From NCBI GenBank assembly GCA_024639555.1, contig JAHEID010000003.1:1-40341 (forward strand): a stretch of DNA of 40,341 bases, in the 5' to 3' direction. Positions 16,503 to 28,608 of the stretch are shown piece by piece. The stretch is from Deltaproteobacteria bacterium. Lineage in GTDB: Bacteria > Desulfobacterota > Desulfobulbia > Desulfobulbales > BM004. Positions within the stretch are counted from its first letter, which is position 1. The number at the start of each line of letters is the position of its first letter. The notes beneath the pieces were generated by a model. That model was not told where the DNA came from. It saw only the letters and a program-made list of their open reading frames with translations, and searched no databases. Made by a program: the position numbers and the translations under genes.

Positions 16503-19004
16503 TTAATCCTCGGCTGATGTCTCCGTCCCATTGCTTTCCTTGTCATCAGACGGCTCGGCCATCCGGTCCATGCCGACAACCTTTTCACCCTCGGCCAGCC
16601 TAAAGAGGTTCACTCCCTGGGTGTTCCGGCCGATAACCCGAACATTCTGCATATTGGTCCTGATAATCTTGCCGCCGTTGGTGATCATCATGATCTCATC
16701 ATCATCAACGACCTGAAGAGCACCAATCGCCTTACCGTTCCTTTCGCTGGTCTTGATTGTGAAGACTCCCTTGCCGCCGCGGTTCCTAACCGGATAGTCT
16801 TCGACCGAGGTCCGCTTGCCAAAACCGTTCTCGGTAACAGAAAGGATCGATTCGGTGGTATCATCAACAACCACTACGCCGACTACGATGTCGCCGGGAT
16901 TAAGGGTCATGCCCTTGACTCCTGATGCTGTTCGGCCCATTGGGCGGACTCTCTGCTCGTTAAAGCGGACCGACATGCCGTTGCTGGAGAAAAGCATTAT
17001 ATCGTTATTGCCGCTGGTCATGACCGCAGAGATAATTTCGTCGCCTTCCCTGATCTTCAGGGCGATTTTGCCTCGCCGCATCGACCGCTCATATTCACGA
17101 AGATCGGTCTTCTTGACGATACCGTTCTTAGTGACCATCATTACGTAGCGTTCTTCGCCTTCTTCCAGTTCAAAGCTCTTGACCGGCATGATCGCCGCAA
17201 CCTTTTCACCGGGGGTCAGATCCAGCAGGTTTACCAGCGCCTTGCCGCGCGCGACCCGGCTGGCCTGCGGAATTTCAAAGACTCTTCGGTGAAAAACCTT
17301 ACCGTAGTTGGTCAAGAACAGGAAGGTATCGTGGGTGTTTGCCAGGTAAAGGCTGTTGACAAAATCCTCCTCGTGGGTCTGCATGCCCTTGACCCCTTTG
17401 CCGCCGCGGCGCTGGGACCGGTAAAGGTCAACCTGGTTGCGCTTTATATGGCCCTCATGCGAAACGGTGACCACCATCTCTTCCTGGGCAATCATGTCCT
17501 CAGGCAGAATCTCATCCGGGGCCTCGGTTATCTCGGTACGGCGTTCGTCGCCGTACTTCTCCTTGATCTCTTCGAACTCATCGTGGATGATCTTAAGAAC
17601 CTGTTTTTCGTCTGAGAGGATCTCCTTAAACCGGGCTATCTGACGCATCAGCTCTTCGTATTCCTCAACTATCTTGTCACGCTCAAGACCGGTCAGCCTC
17701 TGGAGGCGCATATCAAGGATCGCCTGAGCCTGAATCTCCGAAAGATCATACTTGTCCATCAATCCCTGCTTGGCCTCTTTCGGACCCGGCGATGCCTTGA
17801 TCAGTTCTACCACCTCATCAAGATTACTGATTGCGATCTTGAGACCTTCAAGGATATGGGCCTTTTCCTCTGTTTTTCTCAAGTCGTAAGCAGTACGACG
17901 ATAGACGATGGTTTTACGATGCAGAAGAAAATGCTGGAGTATCTGCTTAAGGTTAAGTATTTCCGGACGGCCGTTGACAATACTCAGCAAAATCACCCCG
18001 AAGCTCCTCTGCAGCGGGGTCATCTTGTAAAGCTGGTTCAAAACCACTTCGGCGATCTCGTCCTTTTTTAACTCAAGAACGATGCGCATACCGCGCCGGT
18101 CCGATTCATCGCGGACCTCGGAGATCGAATCTATTTTCTTGTCCTTGATCAACAGGGCTATTTTCTCGATCAGGCTTGCCTTGTTCTGTTGATAAGGGAT
18201 TTCGGTGATGATGATCGATTCGCGGTTGGCTTTCTTGCTCTTCTCAACCTCGGTCTTCGAGCGCATGAGGATCGAGCCGCGGCCGGTTTCGTATGCCGCC
18301 CTGATTCCTGCCCTGCCGCAGATGTAAGCGGCTGTCGGGAAATCCGGCCCGGTGATGATATTCATCAGCTGATGGATTGAGATACTGGGGTTGTCGATCA
18401 GGGCTATGAGTCCGTCCATCACCTCGGTAAGGTTGTGGGGCGGAATATTTGTGGCCATGCCCACGGCGATCCCGGAAGAGCCGTTGATTAACAGGGTGGG
18501 AACCTTGGCCGGAAAGACCACCGGCTCCATGTGGCTGTTATCGTAGGTGGGGGAGAATTCGACGGTTTCCTTATCGAGATCGGCGATGATCTCCTGGACG
18601 AGCTTGGTCATCCGCGCCTCGGTATAACGCATGGCCGCCGGCGAATCGCCGTCCACTGAACCGAAGTTTCCCTGGCCGTCAACCAGGAGATAGCGCATTG
18701 AAAAATCCTGGGCCATCCGAACAATGGTGTCGTATGCCGCCGTATCACCGTGTGGGTGGTATTTACCTATCACGTCACCGACAATCCTGGCTGACTTGAG
18801 GTAGGGGCGATTGTGGTAGTTGTTCAGTTCCCGCATCGCAAAAAGGGCGCGTCTATGGACCGGCTTAAGGCCGTCGCGTACATCGGGCAGAGCCCGGCCG
18901 ACTATGACGCTCATGGCATAGTCCATGTAGGATTTTTTCAACTCGGCTTCTATGGATATATCAGGGAACATTTCCCTGAGTATTTCTTTTGTTTCTTCCA
19001 CCAT
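16503..19004 (-). CDS. gyrA: DNA gyrase subunit A
   Basis: [15 protein letters not shown], GyrA box QRRGGKG, C-terminal pinwheel repeats. Confidence 0.98.
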   Translation of the reverse strand: MVEETKEILREMFPDISIEAELKKSYMDYAMSVIVGRALPDVRDGLKPVHRRALFAMRELNNYHNRPYLKSARIVGDVIGKYHPHGDTAAYDTIVRMAQDFSMRYLLVDGQGNFGSVDGDSPAAMRYTEARMTKLVQEIIADLDKETVEFSPTYDNSHMEPVVFPAKVPTLLINGSSGIAVGMATNIPPHNLTEVMDGLIALIDNPSISIHQLMNIITGPDFPTAAYICGRAGIRAAYETGRGSILMRSKTEVEKSKKANRESIIITEIPYQQNKASLIEKIALLIKDKKIDSISEVRDESDRRGMRIVLELKKDEIAEVVLNQLYKMTPLQRSFGVILLSIVNGRPEILNLKQILQHFLLHRKTIVYRRTAYDLRKTEEKAHILEGLKIAISNLDEVVELIKASPGPKEAKQGLMDKYDLSEIQAQAILDMRLQRLTGLERDKIVEEYEELMRQIARFKEILSDEKQVLKIIHDEFEEIKEKYGDERRTEITEAPDEILPEDMIAQEEMVVTVSHEGHIKRNQVDLYRSQRRGGKGVKGMQTHEEDFVNSLYLANTHDTFLFLTNYGKVFHRRVFEIPQASRVARGKALVNLLDLTPGEKVAAIMPVKSFELEEGEERYVMMVTKNGIVKKTDLREYERSMRRGKIALKIREGDEIISAVMTSGNNDIMLFSSNGMSVRFNEQRVRPMGRTASGVKGMTLNPGDIVVGVVVVDDTTESILSVTENGFGKRTSVEDYPVRNRGGKGVFTIKTSERNGKAIGALQVVDDDEIMMITNGGKIIRTNMQNVRVIGRNTQGVNLFRLAEGEKVVGMDRMAEPSDDKESNGTETSAED

Positions 19005-19085
19005 TGTGTGTTTACCTGTCGCTTTTCTTAAACATCTCGTTTGTTAATAGTTATGATACGGTGCATAGGTCAGTGAAGTTGGTTC

Positions 19086-21539
<2,454 letters not shown>

Positions 21540-21559
21540 TTAAAATTCATTTTTTTCTA

Positions 21560-21646
21560 TCTCGCTAAAAGCCGCATTTCTATCTTTGGACGTATTGTCG
21601 GCCAACGAAACAGTCGATGATTGATACGACTTTTATGAAACCATCA
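21560..21646. repeat. Degenerate/short member of the MITE-like family
   Basis: Ends TCTCGCTAAAAGCC ... GACTTTTATGAAACCATCA resemble the ends of the 37640-37787 copy; interior differs. Confidence 0.5.
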
Positions 21647-22777
21647 TATTTTCATGGGCATTATTATACTAATAAACCCCTGATCAGCAGCACCCTCTAA
21701 AAGACATGGACTCTGGTCTGAATTCACATAGGCCCTTACCGTGTCACTCCTCATTACCTGGAGTGTGTCTATGAAATAACGGCAGTTAAATCCAAGCTCC
21801 AACGGTTCACCTTTGTAATTTATTTCCATTTCATCTTTGGCATTTCCGTAATCCATATTTTGTGATGACAGCACAAGCTTATTCTCATCAACAATCAACT
21901 GGATTGCGTTAAATGTGTCTTCGGTAAAAAGGTTTGTTCTTTTCAGGGATTCAAGAAAACCCTGTCTTTCAATTTCTAGAAAATTGTTTTTTTCAATAAC
22001 ATTTACAATACTTCCATAATCTGGAAACTCTCCGTTCATTAGACGCACAATCATCAGAGAATTTTTTGTTTTTACAACAATTTGTTTTTTATCAGAGCCA
22101 ATGGAAAAATTTTTCTGCCCCTCGCAGGCCTTCTTAATTTCTGAAACCCCTTTTCTGGGTATAAGCGTATTTTTTTCTATAATAATATCATTACTTTCTT
22201 TATCTAACTCCTTTTCCATGATAGACAAACGGTGTCCGTCCGATGAAACCATTCTTAAAATATTTTTTTTATCTTCATTTTTTCCTTTTTCGAAAAGAAT
22301 GCCTGTCAGGGTGTAGTTGCTTTCCCTTTCCTGGGCTACTGAAAAAATAGTCTTATCTATAAGTTCCTTAACTAAATCACAGGGTATGGAAATAAGTTTT
22401 TCTTCATTATACTCAGGAAAATCAGGATACTCTTCACTCGCAGTACCTGCTAGGTTATACATACTGGTGCCTGCTTTAATTTTGGCCCAGTTTTTATCCT
22501 TTTCTTCTATTTTTATACTGTCTGATCCTGACTCTTTTACTATTTCATATAAAATTTTAGCCGGTAAGGTAATCGAGCCAGGGTTTATTATTTCAGCAGC
22601 AACACTTTTTTTTATTCCAACTTCCAGATCAGTTGCTATTATTTCAATAAAATTGTCCTGGGTTTGGATAAGTACGTTGGCCAATACAGCCATGGTCCCC
22701 TTTTTGCCGGTGATGCTTTGCAAGGAACTAAGAGCAGGTAAAAAATCTTCTTTTGAAACATTGATTGATAAAGGCAT
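21644..22777 (-). CDS. dnaN: DNA polymerase III beta sliding clamp
   Basis: ATDLEV, SDGHRL, GEFPDY, GFN..Y, IIMPMKI; upstream of gyrB. Confidence 0.97.
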   Translation of the reverse strand: MPLSINVSKEDFLPALSSLQSITGKKGTMAVLANVLIQTQDNFIEIIATDLEVGIKKSVAAEIINPGSITLPAKILYEIVKESGSDSIKIEEKDKNWAKIKAGTSMYNLAGTASEEYPDFPEYNEEKLISIPCDLVKELIDKTIFSVAQERESNYTLTGILFEKGKNEDKKNILRMVSSDGHRLSIMEKELDKESNDIIIEKNTLIPRKGVSEIKKACEGQKNFSIGSDKKQIVVKTKNSLMIVRLMNGEFPDYGSIVNVIEKNNFLEIERQGFLESLKRTNLFTEDTFNAIQLIVDENKLVLSSQNMDYGNAKDEMEINYKGEPLELGFNCRYFIDTLQVMRSDTVRAYVNSDQSPCLLEGAADQGFISIIMPMKI

Positions 22778-22789
22778 AATTTGAGACCT

Positions 22790-23100
22790 CTCTATATTTA
22801 TTATTTATGTAGTAAGAAGAATATTATTATTAAGAGCGGGAATATGTTAATAATAAATATAAAATATTGATTTTTTTATAAAAGTTTTTAAGAAAAAATT
22901 TTTATAAAAAAGGTAAAAAAAAAGAAAATAAAGTTATCAACATTTTATAAAAATAATACCAAACAAAAGAACAAAAAAAAGCAGCAAAAGAACATAATTA
23001 TTATAGTGGAAAAAGAACAAAAGAACAATGTTTTTAAATATTAAAAACAACTATTTTTTCTTTTTAATTACAAACACTTACAATATATAAAAAATAGTAA
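22790..23100. other. Candidate replication origin (oriC)
   Basis: Extremely AT-rich intergenic region upstream of dnaN; trinucleotide run (TAG TAA GAA GAA TAT TAT TAT TAA) + GAGCGGG + DnaA-box-like TGTTAATAA (22845-22853); TTATCAACA (22934-22942); AGTGGAAAA (23005-23013). Confidence 0.6.
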
Positions 23101-23103
23101 AAA

Positions 23104-24249
23104 ATGAAGTGCGGAAAACCCCCTCTTATTATACTGCAAAAGGAGATTAAAAAACTGCTTGAAAAGGGGGCTTTAGAAGGGGTTTTTCCTTCTGCTGCAG
23201 CTGGTATTGCCTGTGGTTTAGGAAAAGGAAAAAAACAAGCCATTGTCCATCATGGCAATGCATCGCTATATCCGGAAAAAAGGAAACTCCATAAAAATAA
23301 TTTTTTTGATCTTGCCTCATTAACAAAACCACTTGCCACAACACAGGGAATCCTTTGCCTTATCAAGGATAAAAAAATTGATGTTGATGAAAAACTATCC
23401 TCTTTACTGGAAAAAAAAATAACAGGAGAAAAAAGCAATATTACCACAAGGCACCTGCTGAGTCACAGTTCCGGATTTCCGGCGCACAGGGAGTATTTTC
23501 ATATTCTGCAGGATATACCCGGAAATAAAAAAAATGAGTTTGTTGAAAACCTTATACTGCAAGAATCCCTGGTATATGCCCCTGGAACCGCTTCTATATA
23601 CAGCGATCTTGGCTTTATTCTGCTTGGTAGAATAATTGAAAAAAAAGCAAGATGTAGCCTGGCGCACTATGTTGAGGAAAAGGTTTTAAAGCCACTTCGC
23701 CTGGAAAAGAAAATTTTTTATAATCCCCTGTATGAAAGAAAAAACAACCGCCCCATTACAGGTTTTGTTGCAACAGAAAAATGTCCGTGGAGAAAAAAAA
23801 TACTCTGTGGAGAAGTCCATGATGATAATTGCTATACCATGGGAGGTGTTGCCGGCCACAGTGGGCTGTTTGGAAACATTGAGGGCGTGACAACATATGC
23901 CGGCGTTATCCTTGACTTGTGGAAAGGAGCGGCGGAACATCCGAATATTAATAAAGAGGACCTGGTAAGCTTTCTGGCCAGGCAGCAACAAATACAAGGC
24001 AGCAGCTGGGCTCTCGGGTTTGATACACCGGCAGCAGAAGAATCGAGCTGTGGCAGCCGTTTATCACCAATAAGCGTAGGGCATCTTGGTTTTACGGGGA
24101 CATCATTTTGGATAGATCCGGAAAAAGAGGTTGTCATTGTTTTACTCAGCAACCGCGTGCACCCCAGCAGGGAAAACATCAGCATAAAGAAATTCAGACC
24201 CTATTTTCATGACAGGATCATGGAAAAATTGTGTCCGGAGGGCAAATAA
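23104..24249 (+). CDS. Serine hydrolase, beta-lactamase class C-like family
   Basis: FDLASLTK (SxxK), LLSHSSG, YSDLGF, GEVHD, GHLGFTGTS, LLSNRVHP; no signal peptide. Confidence 0.92.
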   Translation: MKCGKPPLIILQKEIKKLLEKGALEGVFPSAAAGIACGLGKGKKQAIVHHGNASLYPEKRKLHKNNFFDLASLTKPLATTQGILCLIKDKKIDVDEKLSSLLEKKITGEKSNITTRHLLSHSSGFPAHREYFHILQDIPGNKKNEFVENLILQESLVYAPGTASIYSDLGFILLGRIIEKKARCSLAHYVEEKVLKPLRLEKKIFYNPLYERKNNRPITGFVATEKCPWRKKILCGEVHDDNCYTMGGVAGHSGLFGNIEGVTTYAGVILDLWKGAAEHPNINKEDLVSFLARQQQIQGSSWALGFDTPAAEESSCGSRLSPISVGHLGFTGTSFWIDPEKEVVIVLLSNRVHPSRENISIKKFRPYFHDRIMEKLCPEGK

Positions 24250-24281
24250 AATTTTTTTATGGCAGAGAGTAAAAATATTGT

Positions 24282-24305
24282 TTAAATGAATGAACATTCA
24301 TTTAA
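24282..24305. promoter_or_regulatory. Perfect inverted repeat, operator-like
   Basis: TTAAATGAATG-AA-CATTCATTTAA upstream of the cold-shock gene. Confidence 0.5.
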
Positions 24306-24440
24306 GCGAATGTACTATTTTAGATCGGTGTTTTGTTGGCAGCTGCAGCAGCGTTTCACCAAGAATAAGAATTTCGCATTATTTTCCACCGGAACACCCT
24401 TTGGACAAAACCACAAAAACGAAAAGGAGTTAACAGTACT

Positions 24441-24647
24441 ATGGAAGGCAAGGTGAAGTGGTTTAATGACAAAAAAGGATATGGCTTTATTGAAACAGAT
24501 AGCGATGGTGATATTTTTGTACACTATTCTGGCATTGAAGATTCCGGTGGTTTTCGTTCCCTGCAGGAAGGTGAGAAGGTGGACTTTCAGATAGAACAGA
24601 CACAAAGGGGACCGCAAGCAGTTCAGGTAAAAAAACAGGCCAGTTGA
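24441..24647 (+). CDS. Cold-shock protein (CspA family)
   Basis: GKVKWFN, KGYGFI (RNP1), DIFVHYS (RNP2); AAGGAG RBS. Confidence 0.97.
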   Translation: MEGKVKWFNDKKGYGFIETDSDGDIFVHYSGIEDSGGFRSLQEGEKVDFQIEQTQRGPQAVQVKKQAS

Positions 24648-24676
24648 AAGCCTTATTCGATAGATACCTTGTTTGT

Positions 24677-24722
24677 AAAAAGCCGGAGGGTGCAGTTAAT
24701 TACCCCCTTCCGGCTTTTTTTG
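24677..24722. terminator. Bidirectional intrinsic terminator
   Basis: AAAAGCCGGAGGG...CCTTCCGGCTTTTTT between convergent genes. Confidence 0.8.
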
Positions 24723-24740
24723 TAAAGATGGTCCGGCCGG

Positions 24741-25415
24741 TTAAATATCAACCAGCTGGCCCCTGCTCATTCTGTATTTTTTTTGTGCCTTTCCTGCCAA
24801 GCCAAGGTTGTGGGTTATCAGAATGATGGTCACTCCCTGCTTCTTGTTAATTTCTTCAAGCAGGTGCATAATTTCAGCCTCTGTCTCCTCATCCAGATCG
24901 CCAGTTGGTTCATCAGCAAGGATGATATCCGGGTTGTTTAACAGGGCCCTGGCAATTGCAACTCTTCTTTGCTGACCGCCTGAGAGTTGCGAAGGGTAAG
25001 AGTCCAGCTTTTCTCCGATCCCGACCATTTCCAGAAGGCCCCGGGCGGTATTGTCGTTATCTGTTATTTGACCGGGGTTGAATATTCCAGGCAGCAGTAC
25101 GTTTTCTTTGGCTGTAAGAATGGGCAGCAGGCTGGCAAACTGGAACATAAAGCCGATTCTTTTGGCCCTGAATTCAGACAATTTGCTGTCGTCAAGGGTG
25201 CAGATATCCACACCCTCAAGCAATACCCTTCCGGCGGTTGGCTTCAGGATGCCGCCGATGATGGAGACCAGGGTGGTTTTGCCGGAGCCAGAGTGTCCGA
25301 CAATGGATAAAAACTCTCCCCTGTTGATTGAGAGGGAGACGTTGTCCACCCCCATAAGGGTTTCGTGGTCAACAGTATAGGTTTTTGTCAGGTTTTCAAT
25401 GTGTAGAAACGACAC
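24741..25415 (-). CDS. ABC transporter ATP-binding protein (LolD/MacB-like)
   Basis: GHSGSGKT, LSGGQQRR, ILADEPTG, ITHN. Confidence 0.95.
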   Translation of the reverse strand: MSFLHIENLTKTYTVDHETLMGVDNVSLSINRGEFLSIVGHSGSGKTTLVSIIGGILKPTAGRVLLEGVDICTLDDSKLSEFRAKRIGFMFQFASLLPILTAKENVLLPGIFNPGQITDNDNTARGLLEMVGIGEKLDSYPSQLSGGQQRRVAIARALLNNPDIILADEPTGDLDEETEAEIMHLLEEINKKQGVTIILITHNLGLAGKAQKKYRMSRGQLVDI

Positions 25416-25416
25416 G

Positions 25417-26610
25417 TTATTCCTCTTTAATAACCAGCAGCGGTTCCATTTTTTTAATGCGGTTGATCGGCATCATGGCACCGGTCACACAGATTGTGGT
25501 TCCAACAAGAAGACCCACCATGGCGATTACACTTTGCTGGCTGACTGTCAGGCCCGCAGAAATGTTTTTCAGCAGGCTGAACGATCCTGCAAGCATTGCA
25601 GAAAGGTACGTGCCGGCCAACACTCCAATTATGGAGCCCAAAAGGCCCAGTACCAAAACTTCTATAAGGTAGAGTCTGACAATGTGGGACTCTTTGGCGC
25701 CCAGGGCCCGCATAATTCCAATCTCCTTTGAGCGCTCATTGGCAATGGCAGAAAAAATAGCCCAGACAAGAAAGGTTGTCAGAACTGAGGCCAGAATTGT
25801 GGTAAGCAAAAATATTTTGTTAATATCAGCCAGGGTATTGATAAACTTTTCACCCATATCACTTCTAGCCACAACATCAACCTCGGGGATTTCACCCTCA
25901 AGCACCCTTCCCACAAAATCAGGGTCATAGCCTTTTTTAAGCTTGGTGAAAATTATCGATATTTCCCCTTTTTTCAGGGGTGATTTGCCGCTTTCAATGA
26001 TGTTTTTCAGGTTATCTTCGGTCATGAACAGGGCATGATCCAGGCCGGTACCGGTTTGCTCAAGCACGCCTACAATTTTAAAGCGGTTGTCAAAAATTGT
26101 CGCCTCAATATCCAGGAGGCCGAGGCCAAGGTTTTCACTGGTGCCGAAACCTGCTATAGACTCTCCAAGCTGCAGCGGCCTGCCGAGAGACTCCTGCAGC
26201 CAGGGGTTGATGATAAAGTCTGTTTTCGGGTTATAGGCAACAATTCTGGTCGGCATGATATCGCAACAGAGCCCGGAAATTGAAGAAAGGTATGTATGGT
26301 AGGTCAAAGCCTCAATGCCTTCAATTTCCCAGACCTTTTCGATAATGCTTATCGGCATGTAGAAGGAGGTGTTTTTTGATTCAAGAAGAAATTCTTCGGC
26401 AAAGCCCCGGGCACCAACAGGCACAACAACAAGATCAGCCCCCAGGCGATCCGCAGATTTTTTCAGGCTCGACGCAACGCTGACCGTAAAAGAGATGGCA
26501 AATATCAGGAGTGATACAAGCAGGGCTATGGCGAAGACAAGCACCCCTGTGCGGAATGTTTTTCTCTTCAGGTTTTTGAGAGCTACTGAAAAAAAAGAAA
26601 TTTGAGCCAT
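25417..26610 (-). CDS. ABC transporter permease, MacB/FtsX type
   Basis: 1+3 TM topology with large periplasmic domain, ERSKEIGIMRALGA motif, unusual periplasmic GLCCD. Confidence 0.92.
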   Translation of the reverse strand: MAQISFFSVALKNLKRKTFRTGVLVFAIALLVSLLIFAISFTVSVASSLKKSADRLGADLVVVPVGARGFAEEFLLESKNTSFYMPISIIEKVWEIEGIEALTYHTYLSSISGLCCDIMPTRIVAYNPKTDFIINPWLQESLGRPLQLGESIAGFGTSENLGLGLLDIEATIFDNRFKIVGVLEQTGTGLDHALFMTEDNLKNIIESGKSPLKKGEISIIFTKLKKGYDPDFVGRVLEGEIPEVDVVARSDMGEKFINTLADINKIFLLTTILASVLTTFLVWAIFSAIANERSKEIGIMRALGAKESHIVRLYLIEVLVLGLLGSIIGVLAGTYLSAMLAGSFSLLKNISAGLTVSQQSVIAMVGLLVGTTICVTGAMMPINRIKKMEPLLVIKEE

Positions 26611-26655
26611 GCGATTTATCTTCTAATAAGCTTAAGAAAAATGAGCAGAATAAAT

Positions 26656-26695
26656 AAAAAACGGGCTTCGGATCAAAATAACCCGAAGCCCGTTT
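26656..26695 (-). terminator. Intrinsic terminator after the secreted CxxCH gene
   Basis: 13-bp stem AAACGGGCTTCGG/CCGAAGCCCGTTT with T run on the minus strand. Confidence 0.8.
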
Positions 26696-26733
26696 GTATC
26701 AATATTTACTAACTATTGCAAGACCGGAAAGAG

Positions 26734-27876
26734 TTATTTCCAGTTAGCATCCAGACCACAGAGAATGGCCTTGCCGAGTCCCTCGCCTTTATGGCAGGAA
26801 AAGCAGACAGATTCCGACTTGCCAACGGTATGCCTGTTTTCGATGTCATAAAGCAGGATGGTGCCGTCTACAGAGTCATTGCCCTCAAAGTCCTTGGCTT
26901 TTTCACGCAGGGTCATGACAGCGAATTTCCCGTCAGGCGTGGGAATGATATCATGATTTTCGCCTGGAAGCGGTGTGATCTCGTCGAGCACTTTCAGGGT
27001 TTCGGCATCGATGAGGTAACCACGGTCAGCACCGGACTGCAGGAGGTACTTGCCGTCATTGGTGAAGTACTGCCTGAAGGTGATGGTGCCGCCTGATGCA
27101 TCTTTTGGCTTTCCGGTAATCATCGCTTCGGCAAGCTTGACGGCTTTGCCCTGCTCCAGGGCTGCCATGTCAAGATACATCAGCTTGGTGTTGCCGGTCC
27201 ACTTGGTGAAGCCTGTAGGGGTGTCGTTAACGGTCAAGAGGAATTTTTTCATATCAGGTGTGTTAATGCCGTGGGCAAAGGTGGTCTCGCCGGCCTTGAT
27301 GCCGAGATCATCGAAAAACACCCTGTGCTTCAACTGCATGGTCTTTTTGTCAAACACATCGAGATATCCCTCGTTGGCCATGGAAACAGGGATGTAGGAA
27401 CTGGCGGACTGGCCGGACGCGCAATAGTTGGCGCCGGTCCATGCCGCTCTTTTCGGAGCAGGGAAGGCAGTGTCAGCTACGACTTCGCCGGTCTTGAGGT
27501 TGGTTTTTCCTACATGCAGGTTGCCGCCTTTGGCGTTTTTATCCTTCCACGTGTCGAGTTTGTAGGTTGACCAGTACATGGTATTTCTGTCACTGGCATC
27601 AATTCTGGCGTCGTGGGTAGGGTATCCGGCCCCGCCGATATCTACCATTTCAACACTGTTTACTGTAATGGGTGCAGCTTGGTTGTTGGGATTGATGCTT
27701 ACGTCGGCTTTTGAAAAGTGTCCGCCCATGCCGGCTACGTATAGGGTGCCGGAATAGGTTGGTTGCTTAGGGCTTGATGCGTCAGCAACAGGCGTATAAG
27801 AGTTTACGGTGCTGAGAGTTAGGTAGGCACCTGCTACCAGGGACAGTATCCCGACAGTTGATAATACTTTTTTCAT
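26734..27876 (-). CDS. Secreted beta-propeller-like protein with C-terminal CxxCH motif
   Basis: Signal peptide; PTHD/FAHG/ENHD repeats suggest YVTN/cd1-like blades; VCFSCH near C-terminus; GGGGG RBS. Confidence 0.8.
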   Translation of the reverse strand: MKKVLSTVGILSLVAGAYLTLSTVNSYTPVADASSPKQPTYSGTLYVAGMGGHFSKADVSINPNNQAAPITVNSVEMVDIGGAGYPTHDARIDASDRNTMYWSTYKLDTWKDKNAKGGNLHVGKTNLKTGEVVADTAFPAPKRAAWTGANYCASGQSASSYIPVSMANEGYLDVFDKKTMQLKHRVFFDDLGIKAGETTFAHGINTPDMKKFLLTVNDTPTGFTKWTGNTKLMYLDMAALEQGKAVKLAEAMITGKPKDASGGTITFRQYFTNDGKYLLQSGADRGYLIDAETLKVLDEITPLPGENHDIIPTPDGKFAVMTLREKAKDFEGNDSVDGTILLYDIENRHTVGKSESVCFSCHKGEGLGKAILCGLDANWK

Positions 27877-28063
27877 GTTTCCCCCCGTTTTTTAATTGTG
27901 TTTTTTTGTGAATTATTTTTAAGCACGACCAATAAAAATACTTAAGTATTTTTTTACCTCCTCTAGTTCAAATTAATTAAAGCTACCATCTTTGGTGGTC
28001 GCGGTAAGATGGCCTTCCTCTAACTGTTTCAATATGTTGTAAAAAAAAGATTGTAGGTAGCAT

Positions 28064-28092
28064 TAGATACCACACTGTGGTATAGTAGTCAA
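28064..28092 (-). promoter_or_regulatory. Sigma70-like promoter overlapped by a perfect palindrome
   Basis: Minus strand TTGACT-17-TATCTA; ATACCACA-C-TGTGGTAT at 28067-28083. Confidence 0.6.
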
Positions 28093-28152
28093 GAAAAAAT
28101 ATTTTTTTTTGAAACTTTTCTAACCACCTGAAATGAATAAACAAACCCTGCC

Positions 28153-28371
28153 CTATCCTGTAAGAATTTTGGTTTTGAATCCAAGCTTTTCTACTTTTTT
28201 TATTATAGTTTCAACAGCAATTTCGGCAGGCTCAAAGGTAATGGAAAAAACTCCATCCTTGTAATTGACTGAAGCGTCTTCAACCCCATCCATATCAAGC
28301 ATGACAGTTTCCATATCCATGGCACAGCCGGTGCAGACAATGCCCTCAACAAGAAACTTGATCTCGGCCAT
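28153..28371 (-). CDS. Heavy-metal-associated (HMA/CopZ-like) domain protein
   Basis: VEGIVCTGC CxxC motif, ~72 aa, ends LGFK. Confidence 0.88.
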   Translation of the reverse strand: MAEIKFLVEGIVCTGCAMDMETVMLDMDGVEDASVNYKDGVFSITFEPAEIAVETIIKKVEKLGFKTKILTG

Positions 28372-28608
28372 GATTTTTTCCTTTGATATCTCCCGAAACA
28401 AAATAATATGCAAAGGATAGGTTTATTGTTTATCCGCATTTAATTGTCAAGATTATAATAAAAAGTCAAAAATACATATAGATGTAGGGTGCGTATCGGT
28501 AGATGTATACCTTGGCAGGGCAACGCGGAACTCAAGCAGCCCTCGCAAAATAATGGACTGATATCAAAGCAAATAAAAGCAGCAGAGAAAGCACAGTACA
28601 GAAAAGAC

